IMG/VR virus record: IMGVR_UViG_3300042514_001262
Coordinates: 1 to 64,000 of that record
Direction: 5' to 3' (one strand)
Length of the DNA: 64,000 bases
Origin: a virus
Position numbers and translations under genes: made by a program. The notes beneath the pieces were generated by a model. The model had not been told where the DNA came from. It did not search any database and saw only the letters and a program-made list of their open reading frames with translations. Positions 39,401 through 48,196 of this stretch are shown piece by piece. Every line of letters begins with the position of its first letter. Positions within the stretch are counted from its first letter, which is position 1.

Positions 39401-39501
39401 TGTAATACAGAAAAGTTAGTACCGAAAGTGCTAGTCCTTACAACACTAGTAGGTCCTGCTAATTGAGCCGAAGATAGGGGGTTTTTATATGGAAATGACA
39501 T
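33409..39501 (-). CDS. 2030-aa Gly-X-Y (G-S-S/G-T-S) repeat fibre protein, collagen-like, with interspersed globular domains
   Basis: Five (GSSGTS)n blocks with Gly every third residue, separated by non-repetitive domains; N-terminal RRRLGMQVYV module. Confidence 0.85.
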   Translation of the reverse strand: MSFPYKNPLSSAQLAGPTSVVRTSTFGTNFSVLQTGGHMEVYNLSDLDLVLTATTYPANIQLSANTIPINFTKGTGSAFSPDFVTLNSDNISSGRRRLGMQVYVQETDTVYQYTIPNYDTLWNAVTGLTGSSAITTSEYSTIVNNRSQAGKDFINSWTGSTIEGVNGVSHNDARWRIFSGSDVQITGGTYFSGTQILDLYNNTGGTVTITGFTGTITGGTYNSGTSTLTLNNSDGSVVNVTGITSGSGSLTVYDSTSGVTVTSVTGMTFSGATVINQGGGNVLINFTGGTGTSGSSGTSGSSGTSGSSGTSGSSGSSGTSGISGVNGSSGTSGSSGTNGSSGSSGTDGSSGSDGSSGSSGTSGSDGSSGSSGTSGSSGSSGISPIYNGTSNTCLTLSGYSIGNLIYFTGTTNLSITVGQGILVAYDVNNLFTGDVASYNPTTGEFVVEITSILNGNSQYCVWTINLEGAPGNSGSSGTSGSSGSSGTSGSSGTNGSSGTSGADGSSGTSGSSGTSGSSGTSGSSGTNGSSGTSGVDGSSGTSGASGSSGTSGSSGASGSSGSSGSSGTSGSSGTSGSDGSSGTSGSSGTSGSSGTSGSSGTSGSSGTSGSDGSSGTSGSSGTSGNSGSSGTSGSSGTSGSSGSSGTSGSSGISGSSGTSGSSGTSGSSGASGSSGTSGSSGTDGSSGTSGSNGSSGTSGSSGSSGTSGSSGISGSSGTSGSSGTSGSSGASGSSGTSGSSGTSGTSGSNGSSGTSGSSGASGSSGTSGSSGTDGSSGSSGTSGSSGTSGSSGTSGSSGISGSSGTSGSSGTSGVSPIYNGISNTCLTLSAYSIGNLIYFTGTTNLSMTIGQGILVAYDVNNLFTGDIVSYNPTTGAFVVEITSILNGNSQYCVWTINLEGAPGDSGSSGTSGSSGESGSSGTSGSSGSSGTNGSSGSSGTNGSSGSSGISGSSGTSGSSGSAGTSGSSGDSGSSGTSGSSGSSGTSGSSGSSGTSGSSGTSGSSGSSGNSGSSGSSGTSGSSGTSGSSGSSGTSGSSGTSGSSGTSGSNGSSGSSGTSGSSGTSGSSGSSGTSGSSGSSGSSGTSGSSGSSGTSGSSGTSGSSGSSGTSGTSGSNGSSGTSGTSGSSGSSGTSGSSGTSGTSGVNGISGGAIYYFNESVTQTPYKEFSPIPTSGAQQTVTVTIANGVTSTIQSYLTPSNYPNVSTIPAGIWSFFLHAYKENNNASFNIFCEVYSRTTGGTETLLFSTDPVPVTTNSPNPSMVLSDGFQSGSSINTTDRILVKVQSTNTSNQSHTITFVTEGTTHYSYGQTTLGIINGTSGSSGTSGSSGTSGSSGTSGSSGSSGTSGSSGSSGTSGSSGSSGTSGTSGSNGSSGTSGSSGSSGTSGSSGSSGTSGSSGSSGTSGSSGTSGSNGSSGTSGSSGTSGSSGTSGSNGSSGTSGSSGTSGSSGTSGSNGSSGTSGSSGTSGSSGTSGSNGSSGSSGTSGSSGTSGSSGNSGSSGTSGSSGSSGTSGIDGLTCYVWSIRAEEVETNISYDDCCVGGTSGLTLGFGQTVQVCSITTPQVTSGSADITSTDCVCRGSSGTSGSSGTSGSSGSSGTSGSSGSSGTSGTSGSNGSSGTSGSSGTSGSSGTSGSSGTSGSSGSSGTSGSSGSSGASGSSGSSGSSGTSGSSGSSGTSGSSGTSGSSGTSGSSGTSGSSGASGSSGTSGTSGSSGSSGTSGSSGTSGSSGDSGSSGTSGSSGSSGTSGSSGTSGSSGSSGTSGSSGASGSSGTSGSSGASGSSGTSGSSGTSGSSGTNGSSGTSGISGVNGSSGTSGTSGALTIYDENVFVMSSTTAMNFQGSCIVATDGGGGQANITVGSKWLIASHSFAYSETNSSEDYWYGDSRCGWDSCSYDLNVRNLQNSPTLSTRYVNCGIPNPYILSVGDKIEVCGIVYCSGATETNAINIALNYFLCSEVVTTAFTTNNLTTRTDYFKNDDSYTSCFNLGFTVEDTLDDCNVLFLLGFNVSDLPDARDVKISYTFKAYTNCTQ
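34045..38637. repeat. five blocks of 9-bp/18-bp degenerate repeats (about 34045-34768, 34958-35555, 36056-36800, 37060-38096, 38357-38637)
   Basis: Higher-order exact units include a 63-bp period (35072, 35135, 35198, 35261) and a 180-bp period (37321 = 37501). Confidence 0.9.
36758..38356. repeat. ~300-bp direct duplication of a globular domain (36758-37060 and 38054-38356)
   Basis: Near-identical copies offset by 1296 bp, encoding SPIYNG..WTINLEGAPG. Confidence 0.9.
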
Positions 39502-39536
39502 ATTATATTTCGTTATTTATTAGTATATTATTATTA

Positions 39537-40637
39537 TTATGATTTAGTATCACCTTTAACCCAGAAAGTCGTTGTTAATGGAGGTGAAGATGGTTCAGAA
39601 CACAATTCATTCATCCACAACACTCTATATGTTCCAACAGGAATTGCACATCCACTTGGAACTACCACATTTACACCCGCATTTATAACATCAGGTACAC
39701 CATTATCAATTATTGATGTTGAACATGCATTACCTAATCCCACATCTAAAGTCATGTTGGTCATTGTTCCTCCAACACCAGATAAAGGTATCCAAACAGT
39801 ATATGTATATTGAATTGATGGGTTCACTTGTGATGTTGTCACAGGGATACTACTAAAACTATATTGATTTTGAGAACATCCATAAGAATCAACACCCGAA
39901 CCTGAAGATTGTCGTATTGGACCATTCAATGTTGATACGTTTGTTATGAAATTACCAACAGACCCTGTCCAACCTGAGAATTTAGCATAAATTGCCATAT
40001 CTGATGCGTAGTTTAGTCCCGCAGGTGTTCCACTATTACCCCATCCAAAGAAGGATACCGCACCTGTATCATACATATATTGACCCAAATTATTCAATGA
40101 TGTTGGGTCTTGAGGTTCAGGGAATAAATAAGCACTGAACGCTGCCGGACTCGGTGTTGGAGTATTTGTAGGTGTTGAGGTATTTGTAGGCGTTGCAGTA
40201 TTTGTAGGCGTCGGTGTTGGTGTTTGTCTTGTTGGTGTTACAGTTGGAGTTTGAGTTTGTGTTGGAGTTGTAGTATTTGTTGGTGTTGGGCTTGGAGATA
40301 ATCCTGGTGTAGGTGTTATAGTAGGTGTTATAGTTGGTGTCGCAGTATTTGTTGGTGTAGGTGTAGGTGTTTGGTTTGTTGGAGTAATACTTGGTGTTGG
40401 AGTAGGTGTTGGAGTAATACATTCAACATTTACAAGAACCCCATTCAACATTTCAGTTCTTGTTTGGTCTTCATAAACCAGTGTAGAACCCAAATAAACA
40501 TTAAATGGACCTAAAGCGCTTGAATTAGATGTTAATCTGACAATATATGTTGAACAACCCGATACCGTTATTTGCTGTTCAATTTCATTATCACAACCAA
40601 CAGCATTATTGGTAACGGTTATAGTGTATGTAGCCAT
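39537..40637 (-). CDS. two-domain protein with a long PT linker; putative virion protein
   Basis: About 90-aa TPT tract between beta-rich, Cys-containing domains. Confidence 0.75.
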   Translation of the reverse strand: MATYTITVTNNAVGCDNEIEQQITVSGCSTYIVRLTSNSSALGPFNVYLGSTLVYEDQTRTEMLNGVLVNVECITPTPTPTPSITPTNQTPTPTPTNTATPTITPTITPTPGLSPSPTPTNTTTPTQTQTPTVTPTRQTPTPTPTNTATPTNTSTPTNTPTPSPAAFSAYLFPEPQDPTSLNNLGQYMYDTGAVSFFGWGNSGTPAGLNYASDMAIYAKFSGWTGSVGNFITNVSTLNGPIRQSSGSGVDSYGCSQNQYSFSSIPVTTSQVNPSIQYTYTVWIPLSGVGGTMTNMTLDVGLGNACSTSIIDNGVPDVINAGVNVVVPSGCAIPVGTYRVLWMNELCSEPSSPPLTTTFWVKGDTKS

Positions 40638-40742
40638 CCTCGGTATTTTATTAAATAAATACCTTAAACGATTACTTTTATTTAGAAATTGGGAAAATTA
40701 AACAACTAATGAATTAAGTTAGTTGTTGTTAATATTGAAAAC

Positions 40743-41018
40743 CTATGTATCAAGTTCAACAATGATTTCAAATGCACATCCAAAGGTACAATCTAATATT
40801 TTGAATAATTCACAACCATTATCGTCAATCAATTTTAACATCACCTCAGGTGCCGTTTCAAAAATTGACGGGATTGTTGAATTGTAAGTTTGAACAGGAG
40901 GCACAGGTCCTGGATTTATTGTTGCAAGTTGATATTGGTTGTTTCCATAAACATCCGAAATAAAAACTTGAACCGGGTACGTAACTCCTGATATTTCTGT
41001 AATTCTTATTTGTACCAT
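40743..41018 (-). CDS. small beta-domain protein (distant paralog of the 24244/24902 N-domains)
   Basis: Contains MLKLIDDNGC. Confidence 0.7.
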   Translation of the reverse strand: MVQIRITEISGVTYPVQVFISDVYGNNQYQLATINPGPVPPVQTYNSTIPSIFETAPEVMLKLIDDNGCELFKILDCTFGCAFEIIVELDT

Positions 41019-41028
41019 TTTTTTATTT

Positions 41029-43167
41029 TTAACAAGTTAAACACATTATATCATAGACAATTATTAATTCAACAATAATTTCTTGTCCGTTTAATGTATT
41101 GTCACCAGATTTAGTGTTAATAGTTATTTGATTATTTAATGAATCAATTGTTACTCCTCCAACACCAGGAACAGTCAATAATAAATTTTTAACTGTATCA
41201 TAGTATAAGTTATCACTTGGTGCGCTAACCAATGTTGTACCTGTGAAGAAAGCATCGCTTGTTGTTAAACCTAATGGTTGTACACTCACATTAACACTAA
41301 ATACTGCAGATATCAAATCACAATTTGTTCCACCGCTAGTCAAATCGTTAAATCCTTCATTCAACATTTGAAGTAATCCATATTTTGTTTGTGATTGGAT
41401 TACAAATTGTTCTCCACCCATAACATATGTTTGATAAGAAACATATTGAGTTTGGCAATCTATATTTGTAGTTCTGCTTAATGAACACCCAATTGAATCA
41501 ACAACTGTTAAACTATATGTTCCGGCAGTTAGTCCTGTTATTTGTATTTGTTGTGGATTACCCTGAACATTATTTGACCAATTGAAATTAAATGGTGGTG
41601 TGCCTGTAGATATTAGAGCAGTTAAAGTTCCGTCCGAACCATTACCACATGAAGTGCTGTATAATGTAAAATCTAACGGGTCACTTTCACTAACATAAAC
41701 TTGTGTTGTTTGTGTACATCCTGTTGCATCTGTAACGGTAACAGTGTGTTGACCTGAAGAAACATTTGTAAATGTTATTGCCGAAAGTGTCGTGTTAAAA
41801 ACATTTTGAATCCCATCTAACGAATAATTGAATGGTGATTGCCCCCCATCTGTTTTTTCAACATAAACCGCACCATTACTTTGATTACAAGTTGTTCCTG
41901 TAATTTCAGTAGTAATTTCAAAAGAATTTGTTGCAAATAAAGTAATTTCATCCGTGTAAGAACATCCCGACGAATCTTGAATTACAACTGAATAAGTTCC
42001 TGTTGATAAATTACTAAATAATTGAGAAGTTTGACTATTAACAATATTAAGTGTGTTTCCATTGGGATATATTAAGGTGTATGTATATGGTGAAACCCCT
42101 CCAGCAACTGAAACGGTTATTGAACCGTCGGTACTTGAACATGTTGAACCTTGACTTGATATTGTAACTGAAGCAATCCCAAGTGGTGTTAGTAATGTTG
42201 TACTAACAACTATACTACAAAAAGCGGAATCTGTTACCGAAATTGAATAATCCCCCGCAGATAATCCTGAAATTGACCATGTTTGACCATATTGAATTTG
42301 AACATTACCTGTAGATGCAGAGTAATAATAAGGTGCAGTACCTCCAGTTATCTGAAGAGTTAAAACACCATCTGAAGAAAAACAAGTTGGTTGTGTCGCA
42401 GTAAACACACCAAACCCAAGAACATTAACATCAGTAACTACACCTGTTTGAGTTTGAGAACAACCCAAACTGTCTGTTACAACAACAGAATATGTCCCCG
42501 ATGTTAATCCCGTAATACTACTTGTTGTGAACCCATTACTCCATAGATATGTGTAAGGTGCAACTCCTGTTTGTCCAGTTACAATAATTTTTCCAATTGG
42601 CGTTCCCCCGCAACTTGAATTTGGAACAACATATAAACCATAATTAAAAGGTCCACTATCTTCCACAATAAAATCAGATGTCTTACCTGTACATCCCCCT
42701 AAATCTTGGGCTATCATATAATATGTTCCCGCAGTTAAATTGCCAAAAACTATGTTTGATGTATTAGTGTTTCCTGAATTTATGTATGTATTGTCGGACA
42801 AATATAAATAAAAATTTGTTGACGAATAATTTGAAGAAGATGTGCTCGTTACCGAACCATTATCCAAACCACATGTGGTATTTTGGACTGAAAGTACACT
42901 CGCACATACACCTGAAGAAACAGGGATGTTAATATAAAATTGTAAGTTTGTCGGTACGGTACTATCATTAACATTTACCGCATATGTATCAGCACTTAAT
43001 GAAGTTCTGATAGATGGATTAGTTGTTACAACATCAACACCCAAATTAGGTGATACCCATTGAACAGTATAGGGCGGTGTTCCTCCCGTTAGATATAATT
43101 CGACGGCACCAGAATTTGTATTCTGACAATCTCCCGTTATTATAATATTATAATTAAATGCCGACAT
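41029..43167 (-). CDS. SprB-repeat protein
   Basis: About seven units of C..(D/N)G.(I/L).....G..P(Y/F).Y.....L..G.YSV.V.D..GC. Confidence 0.8.
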   Translation of the reverse strand: MSAFNYNIIITGDCQNTNSGAVELYLTGGTPPYTVQWVSPNLGVDVVTTNPSIRTSLSADTYAVNVNDSTVPTNLQFYINIPVSSGVCASVLSVQNTTCGLDNGSVTSTSSSNYSSTNFYLYLSDNTYINSGNTNTSNIVFGNLTAGTYYMIAQDLGGCTGKTSDFIVEDSGPFNYGLYVVPNSSCGGTPIGKIIVTGQTGVAPYTYLWSNGFTTSSITGLTSGTYSVVVTDSLGCSQTQTGVVTDVNVLGFGVFTATQPTCFSSDGVLTLQITGGTAPYYYSASTGNVQIQYGQTWSISGLSAGDYSISVTDSAFCSIVVSTTLLTPLGIASVTISSQGSTCSSTDGSITVSVAGGVSPYTYTLIYPNGNTLNIVNSQTSQLFSNLSTGTYSVVIQDSSGCSYTDEITLFATNSFEITTEITGTTCNQSNGAVYVEKTDGGQSPFNYSLDGIQNVFNTTLSAITFTNVSSGQHTVTVTDATGCTQTTQVYVSESDPLDFTLYSTSCGNGSDGTLTALISTGTPPFNFNWSNNVQGNPQQIQITGLTAGTYSLTVVDSIGCSLSRTTNIDCQTQYVSYQTYVMGGEQFVIQSQTKYGLLQMLNEGFNDLTSGGTNCDLISAVFSVNVSVQPLGLTTSDAFFTGTTLVSAPSDNLYYDTVKNLLLTVPGVGGVTIDSLNNQITINTKSGDNTLNGQEIIVELIIVYDIMCLTC

Positions 43168-43169
43168 TG

Positions 43170-46151
43170 TTATGAACAGTTAATACTAATGTTTATTCCC
43201 ACATTTAAAGAAACCGTATCAACGATATTCTGAGTTAAACATGATAAATTTGTAATGGTTAATGTATTACCATTTAGATAATATGTGTAGCCATAATTGT
43301 ATAATTGGGGTAAATAATTTATTAAAGCATTTCTCCATTGTGTGTTAGTTGGTACATCCATCATACCATAACCAGTGTAAAACGAATCTTTAATAATTTG
43401 TTGTCCATTTATTTCTAAATCAACATACCAATCACTCAATACCGAGTTTTGAGAACATTGATTTAATGTTAAACCACTTTGAGCCAACATATTATTAACC
43501 CTATTCACTAAAATAGAACTGAAGTTTGATACATTAACATCTCCATTAAACCAAGGGTAGATATTAAAATCCGCATATTCAGTGTTACATGTATAATCAA
43601 AGATATTAGAAATGATATAACATGGGTCAACAGGAACTGGAACAAACTGACAACCTCTTTGTCTTCTATAAACAAATTTTTGTTTGTTCAAAATAGAGTT
43701 TTCTAATCTCACACCACCATTCCAAATTGTTGTTGCAGGAACCATTTGTTCAACCAACTTTGTCCAATAAGGACCAATACCATTTACATAATCAATTAAC
43801 TTTTGGTAAGTATATTTGTTATTGGGTAATCCAACTGTTTGTTCTGATTCAATGTATTTCCAAAAAATAGATTGTAGTGTAGGATAACCACCTGTTTTAC
43901 CATCTGTAATATATTGTCTGTTTCTTGTATTAACCATGTTCTCCCAAAATGTTTGAGAAAATTCAAAGAATGTTTTTTTCTTTGGTTCAGGATTCACATA
44001 TGTCCAATCAACTCCTCCAGGAACAGGATAACCAACCGTTAATCCTGATTCAGGAATAGGATAGTCATATTGTCTTGATTGTTCCCAAACATCATAAAGT
44101 AATCCTTGTGCAGGATTTAAGAATATGTCCACATTTTTAACATTCAATACTAATTTTTCATTATCAACGAAATAATAAGCATTGTAATCACCTTGTGTTG
44201 AAACCCTAATTTTATCGTCAGTTGACAACCATGATTTATTATTATCAACAACTTTTTCCAACTTGAATCCTTCATTCATATATGGGAAATTCCTATATCT
44301 GTTAAGATATGTTTGACCATAAGTGAATGGTGTTAGTTGGGTTTGAATATTATAGTTTTGTCCTGTATACACATTACCCGTAAGTTGAACTTCATCAGGA
44401 CTTCTGTGTTGAGGAGTTGTCTCATACCAACCTGCACCGATTTGGAAGAAGTATGTTTCCGTATTTACAGGTGATTTTGGATAACCCTCAACATCCATCG
44501 GATAATCTTCTAATAGAATATTAACATTTTGATAGGTTGCCGTTGAAGTAAATGCAGTATATAATTGACCTTTAACTTTATATGTTTCTCCAGGTAAATA
44601 ACTCGGAACATTGTCCACATAAGTACCACCTGATATCTGAGCCCATTGAGTGTAAAATTGGTCAAGGTTAATTTTTTGGTCCGCCAAGTAAATGTGTTCA
44701 TTATATTCTATCAACGAATCAGGAGCACCAATCAATCTTAATAAAAATTCAATTGACCTTCTTGTTCCCTTTGACTTGAAAAGATAAGACGCATTTAAGA
44801 TTAAATTTCTATAGTACGCATAATTTAACTCTGTTGGTGTAAGAGCTCTTGCATATCCAGGATAAGTCGGTGTTGAGGTGTTACCAAATACTGAACCTAA
44901 AAAATCTTCGTTTGTAATTGGTGAGAAATTTGAAGACCACCCTAAAGTTCTTGACAAGTTAACCAACAACTCTGAAGGTATATCATTTGAAGGATTGTAG
45001 TTTACTGAGTTCATGTAAGCCAACCCATCAATAAATTGTTTGATTTGGTCAAAACTTCGGCCATAAATCTGAAATATTTTCTCAACTTTTCTACCCAAAG
45101 TATCAAACTCTTTTAGAGAATCTGAAACTAAAAATCTTGAAATTAAATTTGTTTTAAATGAATCAAGGTTTACGGCAATTGATTGAATTTGTTCCAAATA
45201 ATTGTCAAACAAAAATGAACGAATATCTAAGTTCCATGTACCTTGTTTCGGCCATGTCACTTGTTGATAATCTGTATATGTTTGACCATATTCATTTTGT
45301 TGAGGTACTTGGAAAACGGCAGTGTATTCAGGTCTAACCAATCTATTCACCAAGAATTTTTCAACCTCATCAAAAGATTCTTGGAAAACTTTATCAACAA
45401 TGTAATCATTAGGTCTGATTTGATAATCGTCATTGATTGTAGTTGCAGTTGTCCCAAATGGCGCACCCGAAACATAAAATTGAAGATAACCTAAAGATAA
45501 AGTTTCAGATGGTACAAACGACAATACCTTATATATGTTATCGTTAATACTAATACAATAATCAAGGTAAGTATTATATAAATTTCTGTATGGAGATACG
45601 ATAATTTCTCTGATTGACAAATTGGTTGCCGCACTTATAGAATAATCAATATCAAAAGGATTATTGATTCTATCTACATTCACTTTGAAATATGTATCAT
45701 CATTCTGAGTGTCATAAACAATGTCGTATGCAGTGTTAGCGGTAACATAAAAATCATTATTGAACATTACATCCAATGATGCTGGAAAATAATTTATAAT
45801 TTTTGTAATTGAAACACTAAATCTTTTAGATAACGACCCATACATCGAAAAGTTTAGAACTTGTGAAATGTCATAATTAGGATAAACTCTGAATTGAGTT
45901 GCAAGAATCCTCCTACTTTGTTCCAAATCATCAATCCCCAACATATCAAGGGATATCGGTTCAGAGAAAGCCCCGACATTAAAAGTTCTGTTAACCTTTT
46001 CCGTTACACCAGTGGTAAATTCAAAATTACCTTGAGTAAGTCCTCCACCCTCAACAGTTTGTAATCCTACAATGTTGTCAGAGAAGGTACCCGCACCACT
46101 ACCTGGTCTTGGGGGATAAAAATATTTCGTATTTTTTATATCTACCGCCAT
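43170..46151 (-). CDS. baseplate wedge-like structural protein
   Basis: LFKSKGTRRSIEFLLRLIG motif typical of baseplate wedge (gpI/gp7-like) proteins; located in the baseplate cluster. Confidence 0.65.
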   Translation of the reverse strand: MAVDIKNTKYFYPPRPGSGAGTFSDNIVGLQTVEGGGLTQGNFEFTTGVTEKVNRTFNVGAFSEPISLDMLGIDDLEQSRRILATQFRVYPNYDISQVLNFSMYGSLSKRFSVSITKIINYFPASLDVMFNNDFYVTANTAYDIVYDTQNDDTYFKVNVDRINNPFDIDYSISAATNLSIREIIVSPYRNLYNTYLDYCISINDNIYKVLSFVPSETLSLGYLQFYVSGAPFGTTATTINDDYQIRPNDYIVDKVFQESFDEVEKFLVNRLVRPEYTAVFQVPQQNEYGQTYTDYQQVTWPKQGTWNLDIRSFLFDNYLEQIQSIAVNLDSFKTNLISRFLVSDSLKEFDTLGRKVEKIFQIYGRSFDQIKQFIDGLAYMNSVNYNPSNDIPSELLVNLSRTLGWSSNFSPITNEDFLGSVFGNTSTPTYPGYARALTPTELNYAYYRNLILNASYLFKSKGTRRSIEFLLRLIGAPDSLIEYNEHIYLADQKINLDQFYTQWAQISGGTYVDNVPSYLPGETYKVKGQLYTAFTSTATYQNVNILLEDYPMDVEGYPKSPVNTETYFFQIGAGWYETTPQHRSPDEVQLTGNVYTGQNYNIQTQLTPFTYGQTYLNRYRNFPYMNEGFKLEKVVDNNKSWLSTDDKIRVSTQGDYNAYYFVDNEKLVLNVKNVDIFLNPAQGLLYDVWEQSRQYDYPIPESGLTVGYPVPGGVDWTYVNPEPKKKTFFEFSQTFWENMVNTRNRQYITDGKTGGYPTLQSIFWKYIESEQTVGLPNNKYTYQKLIDYVNGIGPYWTKLVEQMVPATTIWNGGVRLENSILNKQKFVYRRQRGCQFVPVPVDPCYIISNIFDYTCNTEYADFNIYPWFNGDVNVSNFSSILVNRVNNMLAQSGLTLNQCSQNSVLSDWYVDLEINGQQIIKDSFYTGYGMMDVPTNTQWRNALINYLPQLYNYGYTYYLNGNTLTITNLSCLTQNIVDTVSLNVGINISINCS

Positions 46152-47059
46152 TAAGTTGTTATTGTTGTGAAGTTTTTACTGAAATCAATATTATTTCCTC
46201 TACTTTGTCTAACCTCATAAAGAAGAGCATTAAATTGGTCTCTAATCTCATACAAGTTGTATTGTCTGTAGATATTATTTTGAGAGTCGTAGATTGTGTA
46301 AATTCCGTCATCAATAGATTTTGTTTGATTACCGTAAAGAGCAATCGCAAGAGACGAAATATCATATTCAACCATATCAACTTCTATCGTAACAGGATTA
46401 AAAAATGTGTTAGATATAATAATATTTTGATTTGGTTGCCCAATAAATGGAGTTGCATTTGGTTTGTTTGTTGGTGACGATGATGGCGATAAAGTCAAAA
46501 ATATTAAGTTTGAATTACCGTCAACATATCTATATCTTATTGATTTTTGTGTTGTATTGATTTCATTAGTTACAACAGGCTCACAGAAAAAAGATGATGT
46601 CACAACCCTAAAGAAGTTAGGAATTTTTGAACCATCGGCATTTAAGTATTCAATTCTAAAACCCACTAATCCTTGAGGTACGAATTTATTTTGGAATTGT
46701 GCTGGTACATTTGTAATATCAATAACGATACCCTTAACATTTGGTAATGCGCTTAACACACCACAATCCGTAATTACTGTTCTAATTTGAGCAGGTCTCA
46801 AATACAAAGTGTAAATTCCAATCGCATTGAATTGTTCTGCAGGTAATGTTAAATTATATAACCCACCCAAAACCTCAACATTAGCATTTCCTCCTGTTTG
46901 AGTATTATTAAAATAAGGTTTTAATAATGTTTGTGCATCAAGTTCCGTTAGGATGAAATTATCCGTTACATCCCTTGTTGGGGTATAGTTCATTATTATC
47001 TGCACATCTTCAGGTGATACGTCTGAAGGTCTTATTGTTCCATATGAGCCGATTGCCAT
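46151..47059 (-). CDS. putative structural protein (302 aa)
   Basis: In the baseplate cluster; preceded by TATTTATA (47075-47082). Confidence 0.65.
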   Translation of the reverse strand: MAIGSYGTIRPSDVSPEDVQIIMNYTPTRDVTDNFILTELDAQTLLKPYFNNTQTGGNANVEVLGGLYNLTLPAEQFNAIGIYTLYLRPAQIRTVITDCGVLSALPNVKGIVIDITNVPAQFQNKFVPQGLVGFRIEYLNADGSKIPNFFRVVTSSFFCEPVVTNEINTTQKSIRYRYVDGNSNLIFLTLSPSSSPTNKPNATPFIGQPNQNIIISNTFFNPVTIEVDMVEYDISSLAIALYGNQTKSIDDGIYTIYDSQNNIYRQYNLYEIRDQFNALLYEVRQSRGNNIDFSKNFTTITT

Positions 47060-47086
47060 AGTTTCTTTTTATTTTATAAATACTTA

Positions 47087-48196
47087 TTAATTCTTTTTCA
47101 CAACATTAAAGAATCCGTAACCATAGTTAATCATATCTCCAAGATTATCAACCTCACCAATTCTTTGGATTCTTTCATATGCTGAGTTCTTTCCTCGTTC
47201 AATGAACAGGTTAGTTTGTATTTGCGCTTGGTCAACAACTTTTAATAATACTTCATCTTTTGTGATTGGCACTTGCGTTAAATTGTTTTCAGTAAATCCT
47301 GATGATGGTTCAAAGAATATTGTTGTCCCATCAATATAATCATAATAACTAACACCGTTTATTGTGTACGCAGTATAAATTGGATTCATATCTGTAATTA
47401 CCCCCCATATTTGTCCGTTTTTAATCACAGGGACCCCAACTTGATATTTTACAGAACCGTAGAGTGTCAAATCTGTTATACTTGATTTTGTTAATCCTGA
47501 AACCGTGTAAGGTACACTAACATAATTCCAAGATGTTTGAGCAGATACTTGATTGATTGCATCTCCTGAAAAAATATAATCATAACTTACAGGTGTACCA
47601 GCCCAGTTTCCACCAACGGGAATAAAAAACGCCTCTCCATTTGGATTTGTTGGTGTAACCAAACTATAAGGTGTTGTTATTGTTTTAGAGACCCTTGTTA
47701 TTCCCCAAGGATTTGTTTGTTCTAATGAAATAGTATATTGAGCATTTGCCGTTGGATAAGTATGACTCAACGAATTTGGAGTGTAACTTGTAATTGTTTG
47801 TTTTGGTGAACCGTCACCCCAATCTACTTTATATGAAGATAAATCTAAAAACTTTTGAAATTCACTTGATGTATTATAAATGTTATAAACATAAGGATTG
47901 ATGGTTGTTGATGAAAATATGAAATTTGCAACAACATCTTTTTGTAATACCGCTCCATCAAATGGACTATAGTATCCAACATCAACCGCAGTTTGTCTGA
48001 TAAGAATTGGAATTGTCAATCCAGTTAATAATGAAGTACCATTTGGTCCTGCGGTTAATACTTGGGTCATTGCAGAATAAACCCCAACAGTTTGACCTGT
48101 GTAAGTATTATTCACATTCTGACCTTCAAGATTTACAAGGAATAAATCTCCAAGTATTGTTTCGGGCGATACTATTACTTTATAAAAATCTTCCAT
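47087..48196 (-). CDS. putative structural protein with a PKD-like domain
   Basis: YKVDWGDGS...SHTY...YTISL. Confidence 0.65.
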   Translation of the reverse strand: MEDFYKVIVSPETILGDLFLVNLEGQNVNNTYTGQTVGVYSAMTQVLTAGPNGTSLLTGLTIPILIRQTAVDVGYYSPFDGAVLQKDVVANFIFSSTTINPYVYNIYNTSSEFQKFLDLSSYKVDWGDGSPKQTITSYTPNSLSHTYPTANAQYTISLEQTNPWGITRVSKTITTPYSLVTPTNPNGEAFFIPVGGNWAGTPVSYDYIFSGDAINQVSAQTSWNYVSVPYTVSGLTKSSITDLTLYGSVKYQVGVPVIKNGQIWGVITDMNPIYTAYTINGVSYYDYIDGTTIFFEPSSGFTENNLTQVPITKDEVLLKVVDQAQIQTNLFIERGKNSAYERIQRIGEVDNLGDMINYGYGFFNVVKKN

